64,000 bases of DNA from the IMG/VR virus record IMGVR_UViG_3300046810_000338, positions 124,001 through 188,000 of that record, one strand, 5' to 3'. Under the pieces are notes generated by a model. It was not told where the DNA came from. It ran no database searches and was given only the letters and a program-made list of their open reading frames with translations. How positions within the stretch are numbered: the first letter of the stretch is position 1; every line of letters starts with the position of its first letter. This document shows, one piece after another, positions 56,901 to 64,000 of this stretch. The position numbers and the translations under genes were made by a program.

Positions 56901-57946
56901 AGAGAGCCGACAGAGTCATCAGACCCGCCCATCTCCTCTTGCATCTGAACCATGTCACCGCCCATGTCGCCGGCGTCGCGGAATCCATCACGAATACCAC
57001 GCAGTTTGTCACGGGCGGTTGTGGTAACCCGGTCCTTGACACCCTTGGCGGTTTTGTTGATGTAGTCACCGAGGTTGCCATACATGCCAGAACCCAGCGC
57101 CTCCAACAGACGCGCTTGGTTCATCTTGCCAAATTCTTCACTGGCAGTAATCTTGGCAGCTTCAGGCAAACCGGTGTTCTTGGCAATGGCATCCAGTCGT
57201 GCCATGATGTCGACACTGGAACGACCCTGTTGGTCGACCAAATCGTTCATCAGGTAGTTGGACTGCATTTGCAGTTCCAACGTCTTACGCTTCCAACGAG
57301 AATCCAAGCCCTCGTTATAGTCACGCAGCTGTCTTAGGCTGGTGTCCATGGAACTGAAGGCAGCCATCTGCGTCTTGAAACGCTTACGGCCGATTGTTTC
57401 ATTGTTAATGCGACGAGCTTCGCCAATCTCACGATCAGATTGACTCTGGTCGTTCATGGCACCCATGATGTCGTCAAGGCGAGCAGAGGTTTCTTCGGCG
57501 CGTTCCTGCTCCTTGGTTTTACCGCGGTAAGCCGAATCGTCCTCCCCTGCTAATTTCTTAAGCAACGTGCCTAACTTATCAGGGAGCTTTCCTTGAATTT
57601 TAGGCAAAGTGCGACGCAAGGTCTTTTGCATGTCCTTGCGGGTCTTATCGATTTCACTTGCCCCAGCATCGAAGACATCTTTCATCGATGTAGCGGCATC
57701 AAAACCTACGCCCACAGTGTCGCTGTAAGCGCCTGGCAAAACGGCTGTAGCAGCTTTGCGGATACGGGCTGGGTCAGCGACTGTCTTGACCGCTCCTTTG
57801 AGAGCAGAAGAGGCGACCTTGCGGACTGGGGTTCGGTCGTCTTTAGGCTCTTCTATGGAGTCCTCGAAGTCGAAGTCGGGCCAATCCATGTCCTCCATGT
57901 TATCAAAATCGAAATCGACCTTGCCACCGGCTTTCTTGCTGGCCAT
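50942..57946 (-). CDS. Tape-measure protein with C-terminal lytic transglycosylase domain (phiKZ gp181-like)
   Basis: About 2330 aa, mostly helical. SLT motifs LVATESGFN, SATGLGQFIGSTW and DLYGAHFLGAGG. Divergent from RNAP beta'. The start is 57946 (ATG) or 57958 (GTG). Confidence 0.85.
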   Translation of the reverse strand: MASKKAGGKVDFDFDNMEDMDWPDFDFEDSIEEPKDDRTPVRKVASSALKGAVKTVADPARIRKAATAVLPGAYSDTVGVGFDAATSMKDVFDAGASEIDKTRKDMQKTLRRTLPKIQGKLPDKLGTLLKKLAGEDDSAYRGKTKEQERAEETSARLDDIMGAMNDQSQSDREIGEARRINNETIGRKRFKTQMAAFSSMDTSLRQLRDYNEGLDSRWKRKTLELQMQSNYLMNDLVDQQGRSSVDIMARLDAIAKNTGLPEAAKITASEEFGKMNQARLLEALGSGMYGNLGDYINKTAKGVKDRVTTTARDKLRGIRDGFRDAGDMGGDMVQMQEEMGGSDDSVGSLIELAMGAAGDWGINKFGGKARARLGQNVRFNGKQGLTRNALTNGARWLDEQAGKRNTHDGIKGTLLDFGRSLLHSTNLDSSIKNEDLSKGHMPDNFNKLSNRSLIDIIPGLLSRIHHEAVKARTGDDSVPMIRYDMASGTFTDARTMIGRVKNSLVRDGQSAHNVKGLDGIIDTIDPEKKLTQNQRKALGRHLVQLNMTNKAFKVKDIANGGALHGNAHPADKAAIRKLLQQRHKVDINGDIAQEDREAVNSHEADVGTMLQSMRHNFSDPSGPIKALIQAGYKEELLNAGILVNKNGSVSINFDKVTDMRLGEDDGKLFDQDSLFSPKSKPRPAPAGPGGPGGPGGSGGNGGNGGNGGNGGNGGPGGPGSRSPRRRKKEDDQLRKMLQDILSGAKAANDPGKAAPPQPAPAAAAPFVFDYELMGRTFAAAMPKAEAHDAQPTLDKMDKIIATLETLNDSYNQGYQTLVLEEIMDILQDGRQFANVKVTDDLFIVGGKQLGTEAGLWKDRAKRGGKRIGDAFRGARGFANKHLKNIKDRAKSLVGGATDMLGKAGTALDNFRGSVVDIYVKGWEHPALEARKLQLGLYRDQATGKIIKKLSDIKGAVVDEAGNIVLSLEDLKTGLTDRLGKRVILAGWKNLKDGANSLIDSALGRWAGVKNFALGKLTAVKDWAWNKLNGLHDVYLKGEKLPRLLKTVLENGGYFDKATGNVIKKLSDIKGDIVDANGNLVMSLKDMRKGMVDQYGEDIKAGWAMAMTRVGRGITRLKNTGTRALDGIKKIGKSVGNGLRKFGKWGVGLLSKAGSKISNMFSDDGYSSDILKAQLQVQMSILEQVSNLSKPKKAKRKVGDADGDGVVDGSWQDQERKRAQAVKDKIAAAGGKATGKEALGKGGIAALLGGLGDKLKGLFGKKKGDDDGMSLQDAANAADLASHGKGVLGKLRNWGGRGMRWGGRMLNKIPGVGKLGSLLGSGAVRTAIGAGVRTAGSWALRGALGAGAVAAGIISAPVAAIAGTVIGVASLGWMAYKWYDSSKSRPLQKLRLAQYGFSGDDDDYAKKMLAFEEKLLKHVTVTDGKVNVTSGGDDALEAIKELDLDPEKPGSLPMRNFSIWYERRFRPVFSTWLQAMAKLEIKEALNKLDDDLKADTKLALLNAVRGAGRDAWSIGVTATPGMSPLTDEKKIDDIAAEAEAVFKKDGAKPLERTQLPLPGVAPTAPTVAAAATAAGVAALVGAEGASASGAPARAGGVSIKAPLMAGAPGAAGMAALAVIAGAYSTFTSKDGVPVQFPEDLYPTTVLDAFRTVRMRVYGLTTLNTELVNGLIYLEWVANQKTKVDSNGAGTYEGKLEELIAQCGPRFGVGEIGSASYNNFKQWLDLRFLPAWTTFAGAVKAVSGTATPSRAHEKLKSAQMYKVAEAMIGSGAVYKDSFVSIWSIPLSPTLGQKPNTDASTVAENMKAIIKASEKDQLDEESGENGKTKSSLLSKTKGFFASIGDTVSGWFGGDDKPKPVADDQPGFFAKLFGAKSPNEGINGGTTPSVAGGRSNATTNYDKADRYNGGGDQYTPQQGGGVATTFAQGGEGGKYGNYTELPMPTGPKGFNEHKELLAAVAKMTGINPGILAGLVATESGFNSSVKNTVGSATGLGQFIGSTWKTMLKTYGPMFGIPANTPATDPRANALMTVMYMKQNSEQLKKSLGRDNFTDVDLYGAHFLGAGGYAQMVKNPDRLGKDLDSKAAANNKSIFYVDGKLDRPRTAREILTIQGNKQIKNRNLYGPMMNAYLKSKGETVDDSIFNAGGASVNPSMDAPKTTPQTMSDTAASAAAAGATGAPAPDMGVTAASSATPEVKPSGPETGPATEQPVASAAATARAGNAMGSDIASPPSGMLPVSDPVQNSPVPTAQPTQTALPIPTAEAIDRQRAASASAQTTSAANMSGGGVDKLVEVSEKQLKVQTDGFEGVIKAIAGLSQSLSNQGPRAAGPMSLRIPT
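54665..55201 (-). repeat. Two ~60-aa internal repeats in the tape-measure protein
   Basis: DIYVKG...YRDQATGKIIKKLSDIKGAVVDEAGNIVLSLEDLKTGLTD versus DVYLKG...YFDKATGNVIKKLSDIKGDIVDANGNLVMSLKDMRKGMVD. Confidence 0.8.
55790..55900 (-). repeat. Gly-rich GGP/GGN triplet repeat
   Basis: PAPAGPGGPGGPGGSGGNGGNGGNGGNGGNGGPGGPGS, encoded with varied synonymous codons. Confidence 0.8.
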
Positions 57947-58009
57947 ATCGTCACCCACTATTCAAATAGCTTACAAATCATAAATTAACTGTCATCAGAG
58001 AAGGGTGCC

Positions 58010-59635
58010 ATGAAAAGATCCTCTTTACCGGCCAACGTCACTATCCTGGATACACGTTCGCCGCGGGTCGCCCAACTGCGCGAAGTGACCAGTTTGGACA
58101 TCACCGTAGCGGCCACCCGTAACCTGCACCCTGAAGGTCTGTTCTCTACTCAGATCTTTGGTCGTGTCGGATCGGATGAACGCGACACCACGTTCGGTCG
58201 AATCAAGATTGCCGTGCCGGTCTTTGACCCGACCACCTTCGACATCCTGATGTCGCTCAAGGGACTGTATCCTGCGATCATCAACGAAACCAAGTTTGCA
58301 GTGTGGGATGAGGTTGAGCGAGATTTTGTCGCCTCCGATCCCCTCAAGGGCGATACGGGTTACGACTTCTTCTTCCGTCATTGGAACAAGATCCAGTTTG
58401 CCAAGAGCAACTCTGATCGACGCAACATCAAGATCCAGATGTTGGAGAAGTACAAAGACGAAGCGACCCTGCAAAGCTTCGTTGTGCTGCCTGCTGGTTT
58501 GCGTGACATCGAAACCAACGAAGCGGGGCGTCTGGAAGAGAACGAGGTCAACGAGCTGTACCGTCGCGTACTGTCCTCTGCCCGTGTTTTGAACATCGGT
58601 GTAACGACTGGTGATTTGCGTTCACTCAATGCCCCTCGTAGGTCCTTGCAGCGGGCTATCCAGGAAGTCTGGCAGTATTTCTTTGACTTCATTGGTGGCA
58701 AGCGCGGTTACATGGCCCAACGGATGGCCAGTCGTCGTATCTTTGACGGTACTCGAAACGTCATTACAGCGATGGACCCTATTCGTGCTGAGATCGGCAT
58801 GGGTGAGGCGCTGGACATTAACAAGACCCAGGCCGGTATCTTCCAGACCGCCAAGGGCACTCGCCCTATGACAATCGGTATCCTGCGTAAGGTGCTGATG
58901 GAGCATGTCTTCGAGGACACGCCTGAATCCACTCACGCCTGGTTGATCAACCCCAAGACGTTTGAGCGGGTTCATGTCAATGTGGGTTTCCAGATCAAAG
59001 ACCGTTGGACGACCAAAGACGGTTTGGGCAAAGTGATTGAGAGTTTCCGTGAAGACTCTCTGCGTCAATCTGCCCTACAAATCAACGGCATGTACTTGGG
59101 CCTCATCTATGAAAAAGATGGGGCATACAAGATGTTCTATGACATTGCCGAGTTGCCAGAAGGATTGTCTCGTCACAACGTTCGGCCTATCACACTGACC
59201 GACTTCCTTTACCTTAACTGCGTAGAGCGTTGGTTGCAGTGCTACCTGATCCCTACCCGTTATCCGGTGGCAGGTGCTGGTTCTATCTATCCAAGCCAGA
59301 TCGCTCTGGTGTCCACCGTGCCTGCCACTCAGGCTCGGCGGTTGGATGAGAACTGGGAAGCAGGGCCAAACAGCTTTGTGGTAAACAGCTACCCACTGCG
59401 TAACGCTGTGTACTTTGACTCGATGTCGGTGCACCCTGCGATGCTGGTAGGCCTGGGCGCCGACCACGACGGTGACATGGCTTCGGGTAACATTGTCATG
59501 GCCGATGAGTCTATCAAGGAGCTGGACAACTTGATGGATCAGGCAACCACCTATTTGAACCCCCAAGGCGGGTTGAAGTCCTCAATGGACTATTACACCA
59601 CAGCCCTGGTCACTCACAACATGAGCTTGCGTTAA
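58010..59635 (+). CDS. rpoC: Virion RNA polymerase beta' subunit, catalytic part (phiKZ gp180-like)
   Basis: PEGLFSTQIFGRVGS, GKRGY...RRIFDGTRNVITA, PTRYP and the catalytic GADHDGD (DxDGD). Confidence 0.9.
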   Translation: MKRSSLPANVTILDTRSPRVAQLREVTSLDITVAATRNLHPEGLFSTQIFGRVGSDERDTTFGRIKIAVPVFDPTTFDILMSLKGLYPAIINETKFAVWDEVERDFVASDPLKGDTGYDFFFRHWNKIQFAKSNSDRRNIKIQMLEKYKDEATLQSFVVLPAGLRDIETNEAGRLEENEVNELYRRVLSSARVLNIGVTTGDLRSLNAPRRSLQRAIQEVWQYFFDFIGGKRGYMAQRMASRRIFDGTRNVITAMDPIRAEIGMGEALDINKTQAGIFQTAKGTRPMTIGILRKVLMEHVFEDTPESTHAWLINPKTFERVHVNVGFQIKDRWTTKDGLGKVIESFREDSLRQSALQINGMYLGLIYEKDGAYKMFYDIAELPEGLSRHNVRPITLTDFLYLNCVERWLQCYLIPTRYPVAGAGSIYPSQIALVSTVPATQARRLDENWEAGPNSFVVNSYPLRNAVYFDSMSVHPAMLVGLGADHDGDMASGNIVMADESIKELDNLMDQATTYLNPQGGLKSSMDYYTTALVTHNMSLR

Positions 59636-59656
59636 TCGTAAGTAAAGGAGATCACC

Positions 59657-62600
59657 ATGGTTCGTTTTGAACCCTTCAACCGACACTACGGGATTGTCCG
59701 AGGTGAGCAAGTAAGCTCTCCTCGAATGTCCGATATGGTTGATGTTGAGTTTCCAACCGGGTCGGTGCTGCACTTCCTGCCCGGCGACATGACTGAGTGG
59801 GCCCCAGAGCCTACCTGGTGGATGATTCGTAAAACTGAGGGCGCTGTCTGGGTTGATCACGTTACCGAGTTCACAGCGACTCACGGTAAGACAACGCCGG
59901 TTACGGGGAGTCCAACTAACTTCATCCGTAAGTTCCACCAAAAGTTCCCATCGCTCAAGAAAGTGATCAACCTGGATGTGCCACTGGGTTCTGCTACCAG
60001 CACCATCGTGATCAACCACGCTCTGGGTATGCACTTTGTTAAGTACCAGTCCAACCGCTTCCTGGACTTCCAGCGCAACCAGAACTTGCGTGACAACATC
60101 TTCGCCAAGGTTAAGGCCTTGGTTGAACAGGTGGATCGTCCGCACTTCATTCCGCTCAAGATGCCTACAAGCTTTCCATCGCTGGGTAAGATCCAGCGGG
60201 CTGAGAAAGAGATGGGCGTGGAAGAGATCAAGTTGTTCGGATCTCTTGAGCGTCTGATGTTCTTGGAAGTGTGGAAATGGTTGGGTGATCCTACTCAGGG
60301 CATTATCGCAACACTGGATCAGTCCAAACTGCATAACGTGAACTTTGTGTTCATGGTGCGGGGCAACTGGTACTTTGCCAACCTCGCCACGCTGGGCGAG
60401 TTGCGCAAAGAGATCATCGTCAAGACCAAGGAATCGGTTAAGGCTGTCGGCGCAGTCTCCGCGGTCTCTTCTGAAGAGTCGACGGAAGAAGTTGCCATTG
60501 CAGGTAAGGTCGGCAAGAAGTCTGGCAAGTACGAACCTGTACAACTGCAAAAGCACTTCCTCAATGGCTTGATCGATTTGATCGAAGCTGGAGTGGTGGC
60601 CGAAAAAAAGCAGCCGCTGCCGCTCGACGACGGGCATGTTCAAAACGACCAGTCCCAAAAAGACCCGTTGACCCAGGCAGAGATCCAGACCCAGAACGAG
60701 GCAACACTGAGTCGAGTGACGGCATCGAAGGAGGTGTCGGGGAAATACGAACAGACGCCCAAGACTTTAGCCAATATCGGCGTGGACAACTCCCAAGCGA
60801 CTACAAAGCAGTCCGTGTCGGTGGAGGAGGAAGCCTCGGCGAAGGAACAGGCGGTCTTGGAAGCGGAACGATCCGAGGCATTATCCAGAAACTTACAGGC
60901 CGGCAAGGTTACCACTGAGTTAACCGACGAGGAGATCGATGCCAACCTGGAAGCACTGGATCGTGTGGATCAGATCCAGAACGGCAACGATTTCGCAACA
61001 CCCCATAACCCCAACACCAACCCGTTGGAAGAAGGCATTCTGGCACCTATTCGTGCTCGGGCCAAAGATGGGTTGATCTCGGGTGCTGAGCTACGTCGTG
61101 GTGAGGCACTGGCAGTTGCCTATAAAAAGATCAAGAACCCGTATGGTTCTGGTCTGCTGCATGAAGCTGCGGTGGTCAAGCCTGAGGAGCTGGTAGTGAC
61201 TCCAGCCAAGTACAAGGTCAAAGGCCTGGTGCTGGATGAGTCCATGCTGGAATCTTCTGTACGGGAGATCAACAAGACCTACGTGCAGAACACCATGCAT
61301 AAGGACTTGGTTAACTCGGTCCTGCATTTCCAGAAGTCGGGCATGGCGGTTGTTGACTACAACGTCAACAAGTCGCGTACCGTGCTCGGGGCTCAAGACA
61401 TTACCTCTGCGCGTTTCCAACCGGTAGACGGTGCTCCAAGTACCGTTCGGTTTATGACGCCGGTGATCGATGATGAGGGTGTGTTCAAGGCCGGTGGTAC
61501 CCGTTATCGCTCACGCTTTCAACGGGTCGATGTGCCTATCCGTAAGGTCAAGCCCAGCCAGGTGTCCCTGACCAGCTACTACGGCAAGATCAGTGTTACG
61601 CTGTCTGATAAAGAAGTACACAACTACCCGACGTGGTTGGGTAATCAATTGTCTGCTATGGACATTGATAAGAAAGGTGTGCTCAAGGACGTTCACTTCA
61701 CCAACGTATTCGACCGTGAGTTCAAGAGCCCCAAGACGTATTCGTTGCTGGCCCACAAAGTCCACTCGATGCGCATTGGTGATCTGACCTTCAACTTCCG
61801 TCATCAAGACCGTTTGACCTGGGGCCTGGACTCCACCATTGCAGCGCTGGAGAAAGACGGCGGTGTGGTGTGTGGGATTGACAGTAAGAAACAACTGGTG
61901 CTCATGGATCGCCAGAACAAGCTGTCGGTTAACGGTCAACCACTGGGCACGATCGAAGAGCTGCTGGGTCTTGACCTGAGCGCTGCTCCTCACCAGATGG
62001 CCATCATCCGGGTACGTGGGCAGAACATCCCACTGGGCGTTGTGATGGCAAGCTACCATGGCCTGACCAACTTGATCGCCATGCTCAAGGCCACTACCCG
62101 CCGTGTGTTGGCTGGCGATCGTGCCAACCTTGAGCGCCACGAATACCCTGTACGCTTCTCTGATGAAACGCTGGTGTTGGATACGCGGGAACCTTTGGCA
62201 ATGATGTTGTTGTCGGGCTTCCGTTACTACCACAAGCAAATCCGTCAGATCAGCATCTACAGTTTTGACACCATGTCGGCTTACAGTCATCTGTTGGATG
62301 CCAATAGTCGTAACGGCACCTACACCGTGGAACTGGATCTGCTGGATAAGCAGTTCGTTGATCCGATGACCGAGCGTACCCTGATTGAGATGGGTGAGCC
62401 TACCACCTGGCGTGGTCTGTTGACGCGTTCTGCTGAGCTGTTGTTGACCGACTACTCCCCTGAGGAAGTAGATGGCGATTACATGCTCTACAAAGGCTAC
62501 GAGCGTGTGGCAGGGGCGGTGTACAAAGAGTTGGTGGTTGCAACGCGTCAGTACAAACTGCGCAGCCGTGTCACCAAAGCTGCAATGGACATGAAGCCCA

Positions 62601-64000
62601 CTGCGGTGTGGAACGTCATCACCGGCGACTCAGCAACCAGCCCTATCAACGACTGTAACCCCATTGCCGATCTGCGGGCTTCTGAAGCCGTTACGTACAT
62701 CGGTACAGGTGGTCGCTCCAAGCGGTCTATGGTGGCGCGTACTCGCAAGATGCACAAGAACGACCGTGGCACTATCGGTGAGGCTACCGTAGACAGCGGT
62801 GACGTGGGTATCAACGTTTACTTCTCGGCCAACCCTCGGATTGTTAACACCGGTGGTAAGGCGTTGATCGGCGATCCAAAAGACATGGGCGTAAGTTCCA
62901 TGGTGTCCACCTCTGCCATGTTGGCTCCGGCGGGCGACATCGACGACCCTAAGCGTTTGGCATTTGTCAGTATCATGCATGGTTCGGGTATTGCAGCGGT
63001 GGGTTATCGCACCATGCCGTACGGTACCAACTATGAAGATATCATTCCTCACCGGGTGGGCAAGAAGTTCTGTTACGTAGCGCGTGGGGCTGGGGTGGTC
63101 ACCAGTTTGAAAGCTGGGGTAATGAAAGTTACCTACGCTGACGGCTCTATTGATGCATTGGAAGTGGGTCGAGTCTTTACCTCTGGTGAAGGTCACACCT
63201 ACCCCAACGATTTGATTACCTTGGTCAAGGCTGGCGACACGTTCATTGAAGGCGACTGCTTGGTTTACAACAAAGCCTTCTTCGAGGAGTCTCCATTCGA
63301 ATCGCGGGCTGTCATGTACAAACATGGCGTACCGTGCACCATCGCTCTGTACGAGTCGGTTAACACGCTGGAAGACAGCTCGATGATTAGCGAGCGGGTG
63401 AGTAAGGCCATGCGGGCTTACGAAACCGAGATTCGTGACGTCGTGATTGACTTCAAAGTCACCTTGCACACCATCGCTCAAGAGGGCGAAACGGTTGAGC
63501 CGGATGATATTTTATGTACTATGGAAGATCCAACTTCCCAAGCGGCAGACCTTTTTAGCGAAGAAGCGGTTGAGTCTCTTCAACTGTTGGCGGATAAATC
63601 GCCTAGCGCTAACCTGCATGGCGTGATTGACAAGATCGAGATCCTCTATAACGGTGAGCTTGAGGACATGTCTCCTTCGCTGCGTAAGTTGGTCGAAGAG
63701 TCTGATCGCAAACTGCGTAATCGCAACCGTGATCTGGGTGACCCTGTGGAAAGTGGACGTGCAGACGAAACTCTGCGCATCCGTAACCAACCTCTACAGA
63801 TGGACACCATGACTATCCGTTTCTACATCTCCCACGGCCGCGATGCGTTCGCAGGCGATAAGGGGGTGGTGGGTAATCAGATGAAAACGGTGTTTGGTCA
63901 GGTTATGGGTGGGACGTTTGAAACCGAGTCTGGTCAGCCATTGGACATGGTGTGCTCCGACAAAGGGATCGAAGATCGAATTGTTCGCTCTGCTCGCAAG
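59657..64000 (+). CDS. rpoB: Virion RNA polymerase beta subunit (phiKZ gp178-like), 3'-truncated by the window edge
   Basis: Not in the ORF track. AAGGAG RBS and ATG 59657 (MVRFEPFNRHYGIVR). The frame was spot-checked at 60542, 62642 (PINDCNPIADLRASEAVTYIGTGGRSKRSM) and the end (GDKGVVGNQMKTVF...KGIEDRIVRSARK). Confidence 0.88.
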   Translation, partial: MVRFEPFNRHYGIVRGEQVSSPRMSDMVDVEFPTGSVLHFLPGDMTEWAPEPTWWMIRKTEGAVWVDHVTEFTATHGKTTPVTGSPTNFIRKFHQKFPSLKKVINLDVPLGSATSTIVINHALGMHFVKYQSNRFLDFQRNQNLRDNIFAKVKALVEQVDRPHFIPLKMPTSFPSLGKIQRAEKEMGVEEIKLFGSLERLMFLEVWKWLGDPTQGIIATLDQSKLHNVNFVFMVRGNWYFANLATLGELRKEIIVKTKESVKAVGAVSAVSSEESTEEVAIAGKVGKKSGKYEPVQLQKHFLNGLIDLIEAGVVAEKKQPLPLDDGHVQNDQSQKDPLTQAEIQTQNEATLSRVTASKEVSGKYEQTPKTLANIGVDNSQATTKQSVSVEEEASAKEQAVLEAERSEALSRNLQAGKVTTELTDEEIDANLEALDRVDQIQNGNDFATPHNPNTNPLEEGILAPIRARAKDGLISGAELRRGEALAVAYKKIKNPYGSGLLHEAAVVKPEELVVTPAKYKVKGLVLDESMLESSVREINKTYVQNTMHKDLVNSVLHFQKSGMAVVDYNVNKSRTVLGAQDITSARFQPVDGAPSTVRFMTPVIDDEGVFKAGGTRYRSRFQRVDVPIRKVKPSQVSLTSYYGKISVTLSDKEVHNYPTWLGNQLSAMDIDKKGVLKDVHFTNVFDREFKSPKTYSLLAHKVHSMRIGDLTFNFRHQDRLTWGLDSTIAALEKDGGVVCGIDSKKQLVLMDRQNKLSVNGQPLGTIEELLGLDLSAAPHQMAIIRVRGQNIPLGVVMASYHGLTNLIAMLKATTRRVLAGDRANLERHEYPVRFSDETLVLDTREPLAMMLLSGFRYYHKQIRQISIYSFDTMSAYSHLLDANSRNGTYTVELDLLDKQFVDPMTERTLIEMGEPTTWRGLLTRSAELLLTDYSPEEVDGDYMLYKGYERVAGAVYKELVVATRQYKLRSRVTKAAMDMKPTAVWNVITGDSATSPINDCNPIADLRASEAVTYIGTGGRSKRSMVARTRKMHKNDRGTIGEATVDSGDVGINVYFSANPRIVNTGGKALIGDPKDMGVSSMVSTSAMLAPAGDIDDPKRLAFVSIMHGSGIAAVGYRTMPYGTNYEDIIPHRVGKKFCYVARGAGVVTSLKAGVMKVTYADGSIDALEVGRVFTSGEGHTYPNDLITLVKAGDTFIEGDCLVYNKAFFEESPFESRAVMYKHGVPCTIALYESVNTLEDSSMISERVSKAMRAYETEIRDVVIDFKVTLHTIAQEGETVEPDDILCTMEDPTSQAADLFSEEAVESLQLLADKSPSANLHGVIDKIEILYNGELEDMSPSLRKLVEESDRKLRNRNRDLGDPVESGRADETLRIRNQPLQMDTMTIRFYISHGRDAFAGDKGVVGNQMKTVFGQVMGGTFETESGQPLDMVCSDKGIEDRIVRSARK

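Noticed and set aside
1-64000. CRISPR arrays and tRNA genes
   Set aside because: No regularly spaced direct repeats and no cloverleaf/T-loop (GTTCRA) context were seen in the intergenic regions inspected by eye. A tRNAscan run would be needed to exclude them fully.
1-64000. Stop-codon reassignment (TAG recoding)
   Set aside because: Long conserved genes are intact under the standard code, and TAG ends several genes directly before hairpins or RBSs (4693, 15783, 43718).
58010-64000. Introns or inteins in the RNAP genes
   Set aside because: The beta' ORF is uninterrupted and of the expected size. The beta frame is the same at every point checked, and no LAGLIDADG/HNH or intein terminal motifs were noticed.
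1-64000. Chimallin, PhuZ tubulin, major capsid, terminase or prohead protease genes
   Set aside because: None was recognised in this window. The nucleus-forming lifestyle is only inferred from family membership.

Overview
This is a 64 kb segment of a phiKZ-like jumbo myophage genome (Chimalliviridae-type). The assignment rests on recognisable motifs of the split virion RNA polymerase (beta', beta and the separate beta C-terminal fragment), a 2.3 kaa tape-measure/lytic transglycosylase, a probable portal, baseplate and tail-fibre proteins, RuvC, SbcC, UvsX/RecA and an RNase H-family protein. The two long genes that run off the window edges (portal at 1-2423, RNAP beta at 59657-64000) are missing from the ORF track. 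An accessory block of small, probably early genes lies at about 19-30 kb. The most notable observations are five: (1) twin 422-aa Thr/Ser-rich fibre-like paralogues with a divergent tip segment, flanking a glycosyltransferase-like (KpsS/GT-B motif) gene; (2) a window-wide family of intergenic hairpins followed by a conserved TATG-Y-Y-G motif instead of a U-tract; (3) two structured, promoter-preceded non-coding regions; (4) several apparently catalytically degenerate enzyme homologues (RNase H, DnaB-like, ParB-like) and a terminase N-terminal motif on a small protein; (5) a dispersed lysis system with an overlapped Rz/Rz1-like spanin pair and a GH108 endolysin. All phiKZ gp numbers and family assignments come from recalled motifs and gene context, not from database searches.
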